In this document: one piece after another, positions 38,561 to 50,950 of the stretch
How the letters are laid out: each line of letters opens with the position of its first letter
Position numbering within the stretch: position 1 is the stretch's first letter
Assembly: GCA_036172245.1 (NCBI GenBank)
Contig: JAYWIR010000025.1
Coordinates: 62,001-126,000 of the forward strand
Length of the DNA stretch: 64,000 nucleotides
Source: Raillietiella orientalis
Lineage: Eukaryota
Direction: 5' to 3'
Translations under genes and position numbers: made by a program
Notes under the pieces: generated by a model
What the model saw: only the letters and a program-made list of their open reading frames with translations
What the model was told of the DNA's origin: nothing
The model's database searches: none

Positions 38561-39949
38561 CCCAGAGCCGGTAGTGGTTTGGGGCTGGTGGTTGTCGCCG
38601 ATGAATATCGGGGAAAAGCCATATATTTTCTCCTGCCCTTCGCGGTAGTCATCCCTTAAAAGGAAGCCATTTTCAGAACCATCCCTCCGAGGCTGATGAA
38701 ACGGCGTTCGAAAATAGGATCCTAAGGCTCCGCATGGAGGGAGGATGAAGAAACCCCGAGTAGCGCGAGCTAGCGACAGACATCCCTCATCGAGGGCTGA
38801 AGATCGCCGAAATCGGAAAAAAAAAAGTCACTTCGCCATCCTGGAAACACAAACCAAAACCAAAGTGTGAGGAAGTAAATGTGAGCTGATATTCTCGGGA
38901 ACAGCCTCTTCGAAAAACTTCCCTATGCGTTCGCATCGACTTAGAAAGGGTTGCTCGGTATCACAGCTCTTTCTGATCCAGGCGGCGACAACTTGGGTCA
39001 AGTTTTCGGTGGTCGAGGAAGTGCTCCTTGAACTTTTTCCGTCGTCTTCAGAACGGATGGCGACACAGAATTGCCGAAAGCAATGAAACGTGGCAGCCCT
39101 GAACAGAGGGCAAAGCGTTTCCCCTCCATCCCCCTCCCCTCTCCGTGCGTGGCTGCATCGCTGCTTTCAGCAGATTCCGAGTCACCTTCCAGGTCGAACT
39201 CGACGGTCACTCCTTATCTGGATAGTGGTGCTGAGGAAAGCTTCCGTCGGAGGGTCAGCGCCGTCATGGAATGGAAACTCTTCCTCCGAAGAAGTCGCGC
39301 ACGAGAATCTTCCGAACAACAGGAGCTCGGTAATCCAACGACATATGGCACTGTCAGTGGACGAGGACGACCATGTGACAACATCAAGTAGCCGTGGAGT
39401 GACTGAAGGAGATTATCTTATCAGGAATGATAGTGGGTAAGCAGCACAGGAACAGGATTTGATTCCAGAGTTCTTCAGGGATCCGGAAAAAGCAATATAT
39501 GGAACTCTGGTATCCAGTGAAATCTGTCTCCGGGAGGCTGAATATGTGCGCTTTAACCTTCTCCTCCCCCCTTCACCCTCCCGGCCCTTTCGCTGTAGCA
39601 AGCGCAAAAAGCAGACTTGGTTGATCTTTCCGTTTTGCTCTCTTCGTCGTCGTCGGCGTGCAGTTGCTTCTCCATCCTGGAAAAAAATCAAGGAGCAAAA
39701 GGGAATGCAAACTCAGGTGAAAAATGTCATACGAAAGGATCAGCGTTGCCAAAACCCCATGACGCCAGCGCGTATCCGTTTGATGCCATGGTTCCCTGGT
39801 TGAATGAAAAGCCATGGTTGAATTTTTGTTGGGAGCATTCCCTCTGGTCAGGCTGATTGCAGGTTTCATTTTTCAGGTTTCATCCCTGTCCGCTTCGTGG
39901 AGCTGCCAAGCAACATAAGCAAGTTGCAGTTTGGTGAGGTTTTCTTTTG

Positions 39950-40700
39950 CCTCCAGTTGAAATCTTGCAATGGGCTCATCGTGGTTTCCAAAAAAAAAAA
40001 AGCACAGAAAAAAGACCAGGATAAGAAATGCTTCCTGCATCGACCATTACCTCAAGATTCGGGAATAAAATAATAGTGGGAAGAAACATCGATCTACTGA
40101 GAATCCTGGAGAACAATTATGCGATCTGCTGCCTTTTCAACACGTTCGAAATTTCTTTTTAGGAGTGATGGAGGAGTTGATTCGGCTTCTCGGAAGGCCC
40201 TTCGGCACGATCATCCTTCCGGACTTGAGCCCACCACTCGCATTGCAGCCATTTGAGGGCGAAAGATGTGTAGTGCTCTTCGAATTCCTTCCGAAAACCA
40301 CATGGACAGATTCCCCGATGAGCATCCGTAAGCTGCCAAGTACCCCTTGAATCCGACTAGGGCAAAAGGATGCCGTTCGCTTCTGGCTACTCTTTCTGAG
40401 GTCAACGGTTTTGCTGATGGTTTCCTTCCGTGCTGAATGAATGAGACCGTCTGTTTTGGCTTTGCTTCCGGATGCATTCAGAAGAGAACGCGCCAGGTGC
40501 TTTTATCTCTGCTTCATCACCACCACGTCACTGCGGTGGGTGCACGATCCACGTTGGTGGCGGTTGGCTTTGGTCACAACATCTGGCCCCGGGCGTCGCA
40601 TGGTCGAGTCGGTCGAGAAGATCTTCGAAGTCGCTCTTCCTTCGAGGTCATTGCGGGTCCGTGAATGGAGTGGGATCGTGAATTTCGAGTCTCCTCGCAG
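39950..40700 (-). mobile_element. LINE APE endonuclease relic
   Basis: SHSIHG, HRSDVVVMKQR (like DvvllQET) and MLIGESVHVVF (like iigGDfN.vl), in order. Confidence 0.35.
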
Positions 40701-40741
40701 GAAGACGTGAGCCAGCCTACAGGCTTCGGGTGCTGGTTGAA

Positions 40742-41560
40742 CCCAATCACGTCGGGGCGTTTACTTCTAAAGCTAGATATCAGTGGCAGGACGTTTGATC
40801 CTGCCACGTTACTTTTGGATACAAAAAGGAACCTGCTGGGAACTGGCACGCAGGCCAGCGGGGTTCGCCTCGGCAGCACAGGGGAAGGGGATACAAACAA
40901 AAAGAAAAACATAAAACAAAAAACATAAAGTCAAAAAAATGGGGGGTTGGGGAAGGGATTACTGTGTCCTGGTGGGTGTCCTCTGCATCCTTGTAAGGAT
41001 GCCAGCAAGTTTCTGTTTCAAGACTCCCAGATGGAACCATCTTGACGTGATCCTCATGAAGAGAACAGCAAAATAGATGGCGTCCCTGTTCTGGCCTCTG
41101 GCGTTGCTCCATGCAGCCACGGTCCCGCTGCGTGGGCAACAGAACGCTGTTAGGGATGCGGTTGGCATGAGGGCGTTGCGCAGGAAGATGAGCTTCAAAA
41201 CGTAGCCCGGAGGTTCCAAGGGTTGTGGCCAAGCATTTCCAAAGGAGCCAGAGGGCATCACAGTCCACTAAGAGGTGCGGGAAGAATTTTCGCTCCCCAC
41301 ACCTTTCACACACATCCGTGTCCACAGATGCCGGCGGGCGCTGTACGGGAGACCCCAGTGCAGCAGCATCGATGCCGACTCCTGCCACTTTAAGAGGAGG
41401 GTGCTGGTGGAGTCCGCAAATCGGGTGCCTCCCTTGACCGGCCGGGAGTGGAAGTTGATCTTCTGGGCTCCTTCCAGAAACCCTTCGGTGCTCCCCTCCG
41501 ATTGTGCAAATGAAACCGTCCCCCCCTCGGGGGAACTCTCCATGAAGTATCGTGGAGATG
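40742..41560 (-). mobile_element. L1/Tx1-like LINE 3' end with CCHC zinc knuckle
   Basis: LLLKWQESASMLLHWGLPYSARRHLW, CERCGERKFFPHLLVDC, AAWSNARGQNRDAIYF..KLAGILTRMQRT; terminal motif agtaaacgccccgacgtgattggg. Confidence 0.8.
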
Positions 41561-42080
41561 ATTGAGACCTCTGCAGAGTGTGAAGAAGTGCGCTGTGCCC
41601 TTCGAGAAGCTCCCCGCAGAGAAATTGGAAAGTGTCCCTTCGGGCTTCTCTTCAGATGAGGAATAAACAAGGAGCGGTTCGCTTACAGGTGCCCTCCTGA
41701 GAAGAAATTCCCTTCTTCGACAGGACCCTTTCCGAGTTCCCGTTGAAGAAGAAAAAAGGGAAGCGGTCCTCTCCTGAGCGAATAAGGAAGAGGTGCTCCC
41801 CTTCGGAGTTTCCTTCCAGGAGTCATGAAAAGAATGGACTGCTTCCTACGGACCCTTTCTGGATATCATAGGGTGGTTTTCTCCCGGAGTACCCCCTAGT
41901 TGGAAGAATTTTTGCACGCACCGTCGGGTGGCGTGGGCAGTGCTAAAGTGCATGTGCTTCCCCTCCTCCACTTCTTCCTCCCTTCCCCAAGGAGGCGGAC
42001 ACTTCCTTAGCACTTGGAGAACCAAAAAAAGAAAGCCGGAAGGAAAGCAGCTAAAGAACTCCAAAGGACGTCCGTCATCT
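41560..42080 (+). mobile_element. Body and tail of the SINE-like repeat
   Basis: gtgtcccttcgggcttctcttcaga, gagaagaaattcc, cgtcgggtggcgtgg, gaaccaaaaaaagaaag. Confidence 0.7.
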
Positions 42081-42479
42081 TGATGCGGTTGCGAACACAG
42101 CAGGAGTTTAAAGACTGATGATGCTAGAGATGACCGAGATTTAGATAACATAACAGCAGTAAGCACACAAGTCATGTGCTTGGTTACGAGCAACTTCTGC
42201 ATCTTCGGGAAGACGTGAGAAATGAATTCTGGACGAGTCGCTTGCACAGTTTTGCGCTGAAAGGACGCTGTGAACCCGTTTCGACGTCGCGGTCCAGAGA
42301 GACGTACTCATCGCGTAGCAACGCACATCCCCAAATGGCCGAAGGCCCCGAAGCGCTGCGTGCATCAGGTCGCTATTCATTCCTTTGAAATACGAAAGGT
42401 AAATACCTTTCGTATTTCGTTTCGTTCTATTGCTTGCACTTACAATTCAACAACGCTTCGCAGGGAAGCTCTGTACATT

Positions 42480-43000
42480 CTTCCGAGATCCCTCATCTGT
42501 CCATTCGGGGGCTCTCGCTACCCTTCATTCTGTTGCTTCAACCGCATCTTCAGCTTCCTACCGCGAGAGCTGACCGCCGGGCTTTTCCGGCTGTATCCGA
42601 TTGCCTCCCGTGATATGGGTTGCGTAGATGTCCTCGGAATATCGGATACACGAAGCCACCATACAGTGCCACATCCATCTCCAGCCGCCTCATAAACTGG
42701 AACACCTGCGGCAGGAGGCTCAAGAGTCATGGATCACCTCTTTGGAAGTGAGACCAGAGGAAGGTCTCCAGCGCGAACCGCTGGGAGATCTCTTGCAGGA
42801 TTGGACGCAATGATCCCGGATAGCCGTCACATCTCTTGCTGCAATGCTGTCTGCTCTCAGGGTGAGAAATGACAACAGCCAACCGGCGGGGTGGGAGTTC
42901 TCCTGCAACAGTGCCGAAGTCGAAAAACTCCTCGCCAGCTTTAATACGAGCGAATTGGTAAACGCCACGACTCGTCGTTTCCCTCAGAGCGAAGAAGGGA
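42480..43000 (+). mobile_element. LINE ORF2 post-RT fragment
   Basis: 42820-42915 is similar to 48427-48520 (tagccgtcac..gctgtct..cagccaaccggc..gtggga). Confidence 0.5.
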
Positions 43001-43033
43001 CTTTTTCGGTGGAGTGAACTGTTTGGTTTACCA

Positions 43034-43745
43034 CCCGGTCACTCCGGGACGTTTATTATCAAAAAGAAACATACATGTGTAGAGCCATCAGCCCTACTGT
43101 CCGAAAATGCTCGGAATCTGCTGAGTAACCGGCACGTAGGCCGGCGAGCTTCACTTTGGCAGCGGAGGAGGAAGAGACGAACAAAAAATTAAAAATGAAA
43201 AAAAAGTATACACAAAAATTGGGAGGGTTAGGGGAGGGATCACTGTTTGCTGGAGGAGGTCCTCCGCATCCTTTCCAGGATGCCTGCAAGTCCCACCCGA
43301 GTATACCTAGGTAAAGCCATCTTGCTGCCACCCTCATGAAGCACAGGACAAAGCAGATAGCGTCCTTATCGCGCCGTTCTCGTCTCGCGTAGCTCCAGGT
43401 CTCCACAAGCCCTCGTAGGCAGCAAAGAGCTGCTGGAGATGCGGCAGGCGAAAGGGCATCGCGCACGAACAGACGCATCATCACGTCCTTGGAATTGTCC
43501 GTCAGTGGGCCATGGGCCGTTGCATAATGCAGCCACAGGGGCTGGAGGGCATTACAGTCAACAAGCAGGTGCAGGAGCTGGTATTCTCTCTCCTCGCACC
43601 TGAGAAAGTTGGGGTCCATAGCCCTCCGGATCCAGTGAGACTGGAGGGCGTTTTACGGGAGACCCCAGTGCAACAGCAGAAGTGCCGACTCCTGACACTT
43701 CAGGGGGAGATCTCGGCTGTTCTTCAGCGCTGAGGGTCACTCGAG
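43034..43745 (-). mobile_element. L1/Tx1-like LINE 3' end
   Basis: LRCEEREYQLLHLLVDC..RDKDAICF..GILGW; terminal AATAAACGTCCCGGAGTGACCGGG (43034-43057, minus). Confidence 0.8.
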
Positions 43746-43799
43746 GTCTTCCTGTAGTATTCCCAGCAGCTCACCCCAGCGCAATAGTCCTTTCGGTGA

Positions 43800-44900
43800 A
43801 GCACTTGGGGTTATAGCATTCGTGCGCTGGCCTCTTGTCCAATCACCTAATTCCTTCGTCCGAAGACCTATTTCGCAACTGGTTGGTCGACTGGTTACTG
43901 TCCGGGTGCTCCCTGAGGGAGAGCAGTGCCACGGCTAGGGAGGTTCTTTGCGCTAACGCACACGTGGTGGACTGCACGATGATGTCCTGCAGCGAGCGGT
44001 TGTTGTAGGAGTGCATCACTTGCTGCCGCATCTCCAGGTTCGATTCGTTGTTCTTGGCTCACGTGCAAACGGTTTCCTGCAACTAGGCACTACCGTTGCC
44101 GGGCCGGCAAAAGATCCAGTTGTTGGTTTTGGTCAGCTTGGCCACTCGCCGGAGCTCTAGTCCGCAGCTGGACACGTTGCTTCTGCGCCACCGTGCCAGG
44201 AACGAAGACAATCCCGCGTAGCCGGTGGCTTGCTTGACCAGGTACCTGCTTGGTTTGCCCCTCGAAGAACTCATGGTCCTTTCCCTTTGCGTGGACACCT
44301 CCATGTTCCCTTTTCGGTGGAAACAGAATATTCTGCTGCTTCTGCACTGGGGATTCCAGTGCAATCAGCTCAGACACCTCGAACAGTTCGGGGAGTCGCC
44401 TCCCTGGACTGTTCGAGGTGCGGATGATGGAATTGCTCCCGCATCTGCTGTTGGACAGCAGTGCTCTCGCAAACTGGTGATGGAGACTCTCTTTAGAACT
44501 CCATGGACCGCAGGACATTGCAACGGACTTGCTGCGCCGATTTTTCACAGAAGCGGACTGAACAAAGGTGCTGTGATCGAAGCAATCGGTTGCATCCGCG
44601 CCATAGTGACAGTCCGCTATGTGCTGAAATCAAGTTCGCGGCAAAGAGAGGCCACTAGCAGCGCTCATAAGGGCAGCAGCAAAGTGTCTGCCAGAAGTCT
44701 CCAGGGAGGCGCCACCATCCACAGTCGCTTCTAAGAGCAAAGAAATGCTACATACCAAAGACCCTGTCACCATCCTCCCGTCTTTCTTTATTTATTATCC
44801 CTTCTTTCCGTTCCCTAGTTTTTGGAAGCCAGTTTGCGCGCCGGTGTTTATCCCAGATGAACTTTTTTTTTGGCGTTTCGTGTTCCTGAGGGGATACTTT
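43800..44900 (+). mobile_element. L1/Tx1-like LINE 3' region
   Basis: WKQNILLLLHWGFQCNQLRHL and ELLPHLLLD knuckle relic; pyrimidine-rich UTR at ~44770. Confidence 0.65.
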
Positions 44901-45619
44901 TCCCATCCTCTTTGTAGTTTACTTTGCTCTTGTTTCAAAATAAACTCTCCAGCGCAACCTGGTTCAAACATCCTTTCCGAGTGCTTTTTCGGAACTCCAA
45001 GATTATGCAGCACTTCCTCGTCATCCGGGTCCCAGGACCCCAGTGAGCCAGCGATGAGAACATGCACCTTGCATGGCTTCCCTTCCTTGCTTAGCTAGAG
45101 GGCTACTTCTTCATACTTTCCCAACTTGTTCCTCCTAGCTGTGTTGAACACCTACTCTCCACCCTCGAACGGGCAACAGATGTCCAGTACTATTGTGCAA
45201 CTTTCGTTTTTGACGACTAGGTCCGGTCGTAAGAGGGATTCCGTTCCTGGAGCTAGGTCCGGTCGCAAGCGAATCGGGACTGAAGTAGCAGCATCCCTCT
45301 TTTGCTCGAGGCATCATCACAAGAGCGACTCGCAAGTGACCAAAGGGCTGCTGAGACTTCCACCCTTCTGTTCTCAATTTCGTTTTGTGGACTACGTGTT
45401 TCAAGCAGTGTTGGTTCAGCACTGCTCAAGATCGGTGTCGGTATCGAAAGTGTTTGAAAAAAAAATGGTGACATGGGGATGGATGTTTTTCGAACCACGG
45501 ATGCATTTCTGTTTTTCTTGTTTGTTCTTCCTTTACATCCGACCCGCCCTTACTTTTGAGATGCGCCTCGTACGTACATGCTGATAGGTAAAGAAAGATG
45601 TACAGAGAGTAGATACAGA

Positions 45620-46115
45620 TGATTTTGCTTCACTAAAAAGAATAGTGGAGTTGACTCATTCTAACATAGCGTCCTGAACAAGAAAAAAGGAATTCGAGTC
45701 TCGTCTCGGAATTCCCATTTCAAAATTCCAAAAGAACTAGATCTGGATCCAAAACACTTTGCTCAGAAAAAAACGACTGTGTCCATGGATTCACCGGACC
45801 AATTTTTACGCCGTCTGATCTACTGAGGTTTCTGCGAGTTTCTGTGGATGGGGAGCTCTTGCCTGCGAATACGCTGTGCTGCCGTGGCGCGCATAAAAGA
45901 GGTAACACACTTGATCCCGCGGATCCACAACCGTGTGATTCCGCAAGACAATTGGCCAATGGGTCGTCTAATCGAGAGAGTCCCCATCGCTCACCGGAAA
46001 GAGCGATTTCTTGTTGATTGCACAAATCGGAAATTCCGCGGCTGCTTTGCCTTTGCTAGTTTTACGCGTAGTTGCCTGAAGAGCCGAGGAGCCTGTACGA
46101 GGACCAATTTGTAAA
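45620..46115 (+). mobile_element. BEL/Pao LTR retrotransposon C-terminal (DUF5641-like) relic
   Basis: DQFLRRLIY (~45797, like DQFW.RW..EYL) followed by PQDNWPMGRLIERVP (like pr..WplGRv.ev.p). Confidence 0.4.
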
Positions 46116-46912
46116 ACGCAATACTCAGTGACAGCCGAGATCGTTAGAGGAAAAGGAAAGAAAAGAAAGGATGGATGAGTAAATTGAAAACGAATTCAAA
46201 CGATGGCCCAAATTATGAAATTGGCAAGTGGGGGAATGAAGGAATTTGCACCGCGGGACAGCAGAGCTGCACTGAGGAAAATTTCCGTCCTGACGTTGGT
46301 ACCGCTTCCCACGGTACGCCTCTTCCAAGGATGGCTTGCATTCGGGAGAAACACTTACGGTGGTAAAAACGGAGAAGAGATCATCTTGGGGAATCTCTGA
46401 AACTTTTGAGAAATTTACTTTGTTCCCTCCTGGAATGTCAGCCCAGAAGCAGCTTTCAGGATTTCTTGTCCCAATGTGGCTGAAAAGAAACTGCAGAAAT
46501 CACAAACGGGAGCGTTCGTGGAAGCTCCATTTTGAGATAAAATCTTCCGCTTCATCACCTTTGATGTTTATGACTGGCTGACGCGTTTCAAAGATGCTGG
46601 TGCGTTTCAGATGAACCTTTTATAACGGAGGTGGATCGGTCCTGCTGAATTTTTCCTTCCCTCTGATCCTCACGGGACGAACTCATTTTACAAGGAAGGA
46701 CATTTTCGCACGTGAGAATCTGTACAGTCTTCCTCTATGTGGATCTTGCACCTGGAATTTAGGAATCTCACCAGACCACCACATCCTCCTTGCTTTTACA
46801 TGAGCTGAGAAGGGAGATGCTGAGTGTTTTCAGTTCCCATGATTGGTATATGTCGACGTAGTCGCAAGCTGGGAAACACCTTTGTTGAGTCTTGTGTTTT
46901 GGATGATGACCA

Positions 46913-47400
46913 CCCGGTTATGCCGGGGCATTCATTATATAAAAGAATAGAAATGCATTTTTGTGATACAACTCCTGGTTCCACCAGATTCAATGAACCT
47001 GCCGAAGAGCGGTTCGCAGACCGGCGAAATCCGCTTCGGCAGCGTGAGGGAGGGGAAAACAAAAACAAAAAAATAGACAAAACAAAACAGGCGAAGGGAA
47101 ATCTTACATGAGGACGAGGGGACCACAGTACACTGCCCGGTGTACTTTGCATCCTTTTCAGAATGCTGGCAAGTTCCGTTCGTGGGTATCGCCCAGGTGG
47201 GACCATCTCAAGGAGGTTTTCAGGAAGATCCGCGCCCAATGGATGGCGTCCCTGCCATTCTGGTCTCTTCTCCTGGCGTTACAGGGCGCCACAATCCCGC
47301 GAGGACAACGGGATTGCGAGGGACGTGGCTGGCGGCAATGTAGCGCGCGCGAAGAAGCTTCTGAAAATTCCCTGGGACTGCCCGCTGGGATACCTTGGAT
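46913..47400 (-). mobile_element. L1/Tx1-like LINE 3' end
   Basis: NARRRDQNGRDAIH and ELASILKRMQSTP; terminal AATGAATGCCCCGGCATAACCGGG (46913-46936, minus). Confidence 0.75.
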
Positions 47401-47409
47401 CGTCGCTGC

Positions 47410-48015
47410 TGGATGACGGAAATGCCTTTGGGTTCTTCTGCTTTTGCTGCTCTTCTTCCGGTTTTTTATTTATTCTTAAGTTTCTTATTTTTTTGGTTCG
47501 CCAAGTGCTGAAGAAACCGTCCACATCCTTAGAGGGGGCTCACGAAGCTCCTTAGCACGACTCATACCACCCGGGGGGTGCGAGTAACTCTTTCAGTTGT
47601 GGGGCAACGCTGCACTGCTTCCCAAAGCACGTCTATTTCATGGATGGCTTGCTTCCGGGAGAAACACTTACGATGGTAAAGAAGAGATGTAGATGATATC
47701 CACCGAAGGGGGTACCAACCAGCTCCAGTGTATGGCTTCATTTTTACAACCGGAGGGAAACCGGGTCCTTGGTTCCTGGAAGGACACCGGAGCAGTTCCA
47801 GCCGGTCAACCGGATCCCAACATTCGGTTTTCGGATTCCATCAGTGCCGGACCTGAAGCATAAAGGCCAACCAGCGTCATCCTGCGGGAGGGGAACTCAA
47901 AAGTCATGAGCCGCTCCCATTTTTCTGCGTACATCCTTCTTCAGGGTGGGATTCGAACCCGCGCCGCTTAGCACCGCACGCGGGAACTGCGGCCACACCG
48001 CCTCCAACGCGGCCA
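47410..48015 (-). mobile_element. tRNA-headed SINE-like repeat with internal deletion
   Basis: Exact B-box on minus (47948-47960); head gcgttggaggcggtgtgg; tail gcacttggcgaaccaaaaaa. Confidence 0.75.
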
Positions 48016-48399
48016 CGGAAAGTAGGAGTGAGCTGTAGATTGAAGATAATGGAATCTGCTATTTGCTTATGAGGTGATTTTTGTGACAGCTTCATTTGGC
48101 AGCTCCTGCAATGATCTCGGAGATCCACTGCTTTTCCCATTGTGGGCATTTGGTCTTCCACTGAGACAACCGGCCACGCTTTTGTGCGTGCACCTTTGGA
48201 TCTCTTGCGCCCAATGAACTGGACTGCGCAGAGGCAGAAGACAGTTGTGACCTGGGATATCACCCCGGGAACGAGCCCGGAAATTGTCTCCTCCGTTTAT
48301 CTTCTAACCGTTGACTGGGAATATCCTGCAGTACTCGGCGAAGACCTCAAACGCTATTAAAAGTAACGAAACACTTCAAGAATTGCAACTCACCTTCAA

Positions 48400-49432
48400 C
48401 CTTTCATCTGGTATGGAGTGCTCGTATAGCTGTCACGTGCCTCGTCGCAGCGCTGTCTTCCCTAGGGAAGCCATCGGTAGCAGCCAACCGGCCGGTGGGA
48501 ATTTTTCTACAGCGTTGCGGTAGCGACCAAACTCCTGGGAGGCTGGAAGTCGAGAGAGCTGGCGGACACCGGCACTTCTCGTTCCAAGCCGAAGGAATCT
48601 TCCTCTGAAGATCTCGTAGTTCCTTTCCTGTGTGTGGACACTTCGGTGTTCCCCACAAAGTGCACTGCTGTTTCTCCACTGGAGCCATCAGTGCAATTCG
48701 CAAAGACATCTTGCTTCACGGAGGAGCCGCGTCCTCAAGCTGTTTGAGGTGCGGGACGATTGAGTCGTTCTCACACTTGTTAGTGGACTGCGTTCCCCTG
48801 CAACAGCAGCAGCGGAAGTCTTCAGCGGTCTTCGCTTCTGCACCCCAAGGACACCACCAAGGACTTGCTGATGCGATTCTTCACAGGCGATGGACTCTCG
48901 GCAGGTGCCCGTGATCGCAAAGACGTGCTGCGTCCGCGGCGTCTCCACAGCCCACCATGCGTTGGAGTCTTGGGCTCAGCGAAGGGAGGTCAGCCGCGTG
49001 GCAGCAGCCTACAAGGGGGGCGACTGCGAGGTGGCCTCACCCGGAAGTCGCGACGGAGATTGCCTGCATTCTGCGTCGCTTCTGAGCAGAAAGGAGCGGC
49101 GACAGCCAAAAACCTCTTTCCTCACCCTTCCATTTAGTTAGTTATTTATTGTCTTCGTTTTCCTCTCAGGAGTTTTGCTGTCCTGGGAATTGTGCCTGAT
49201 TACCCACCTTGCAGTCCTGACCTCCCGTCCAGTGATTACCACGTCTTCTTGCACCTCAAGAAGTGGCTCAAGGATTCGAGGGGGAAGGGGAGGAGTGAAA
49301 AACTGCAGTGCTGCTGAACTGGCTGAACTGTCGGTGTACCCTTCCCTTGAGTCCCTTTTTGTTGTATCTGGGAACTGTGTTGCCAGCTTTGTTGTTTATT
49401 ATTCCCGCATGAGCGTCCGGCGTGACCGGATA
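48400..49432 (+). mobile_element. L1/Tx1-like LINE 3' end
   Basis: CLRCGTIESFSHLLVDC (48740-48791); terminal atgagcgtccggcgtgaccgga (49409-49430). Confidence 0.75.
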
Positions 49433-49514
49433 ACGACCCGTTTCTTATTTAGGGTATTCACACTGCGGCACACGGAGACACTTAACATATGCAGTCTGAG
49501 TCACCTGAAATGGA

Positions 49515-49800
49515 TTGCTCCAACACTTTCCTCTGGATGAAATCGTGAGCCTCCTATTCGAACATCACTCCCGGTTCCTCCTGGTAAAGGAACTTGGGTG
49601 CTGCGAGCAGTGTAGAATACAAAGAAAGGAAAAAGATGGAAAAAAAATTTGCAAGAGCAGTCAAATGATGATGAAGCAAGGAAGCTGGATGTGGGACTGT
49701 TCTGAAACTCTGTCAAGAAAATGGTGGTCGTGCTCTTCCGCTCGAGGAGCATTCAGTATTTGTGTGGCAGATTTGCAGAGAGCTCGGTGAAGCTGCCATA
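49515..49800 (+). pseudogene. Myb/SANT-like DNA-binding protein relic (Harbinger accessory)
   Basis: FPLDEIVSLL..HH..LL...QRKEKDGKKIC...SETLSRKW resembles nFs.eE...Ll / Ke.aW..I / t.eqlkkkW. Confidence 0.45.
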
Positions 49801-49989
49801 ACACGTGACATGCATTTGAAGGAAAGATTTGGAGCACAAGCAAAACAGACTGAAGAAGGTCTCTGAACTGCTGGGTATAGTTCTTACTGGAGTAATTCGT
49901 CCCGGAAAGAATAAATAATAGGACTTTTTCGTTTTTGAAAAATTAGCAGCGGCTAAGAATCTCAGTGCCTACATGTCAATCCCTCTAAA

Positions 49990-50950
49990 ATCCCGTTGCC
50001 ATTCGAATTTGATTATGTAGCACTGTACAACCTGAGGGTTGTAGTACAAGTACATGCACCATTTGCAATCTAGATGATTCAATCGGTGGGAAGCGAAACC
50101 AACAAGGCTGAAAACGTGGATGCAGAATGAAGAATGAGGAAACCTGTTTTAGATGTGGAGTTTGGAAAATTTCCCTCTGTAAACTGGTGTTCAAGAGTAG
50201 TCTGAAACCTGCCATCCTGAGATCAAACCGTTTCTCACGTAGCTTTAAAACACGTTTGGTGTGTGCATTGAGCTAACGGTCATGTCCTGAAACCTTTCCG
50301 AAATCACTCCTGGTCGGATAACACCGAAAGGCTAACCCATTTCGCTTTTGGAAATCCAACGATTTCCTGAGTCTTTCTTAGCCAAACTTCCTCTTGGAGA
50401 CATCTGAATTACATTTGTTCACTGTCTCGGGCATTTTCTTCGTGATAAAAACTCGTTCCCCAGCAGCACTAACCATGCTCATGTTGGCAATCAAAACCAT
50501 CCACCTCAACCGCAGCTGCTGAATGAACCCATCAATGGCGGGTGCGTTTCAGGCAGAAGAGGGTCTCGAACAAAACCTTTCAATAAGAAATGCTTTTGGT
50601 CTTCGTTTCTTCCCAACAGCGGTGTTAGGCTGCCTATGATTCGGGTGACAAGAGAAAAATCTCCATCTCAGCCTGTGATGGAATTGCAAGGTTTTCTACG
50701 CTCGTGCCACTTATGCCACAGAGATTTGCACCAGTTCTGAGTGACCGTTAATTTGATGATGAACTGAAAACCGCACTGAAGAGTAACATTTCTTGCTGAC
50801 TGTCTTCATGAAACCAGGACAATTCGGATGTCGACTGAAGACATGAACTGCTTGTACTAATTGGTTTTTTTCTTGTTTGAAGATGCAGTTCTAGTATGTA
50901 CTGGAAGATTCTCAGAACTGAAGCCAAAGAATGCCAAACTGAAATCACGA
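49990..50950 (-). mobile_element. PIF/Harbinger DDE transposase relic
   Basis: Ordered: NLCGISGTSV (~50690-50730), PAIDG (50528-50542), VFITKK..TVN, CYP (~50320), ILHPRF, CTVLHN (50012-50029). Confidence 0.6.

Noticed and set aside
38560..39900. Possible coding exon(s)
   Set aside because: Short overlapping ORFs without recognisable motifs; left unassigned.
40780..41670. Longest ORF (296 aa) as a real gene
   Set aside because: It crosses a SINE/LINE junction and matches the LINE frame only around the CCHC knuckle; neighbouring motifs lie in other frames.
45217..45269. CRISPR-like repeat-spacer-repeat
   Set aside because: Only two 17-bp units with a 19-bp gap, no cas genes, eukaryotic context.
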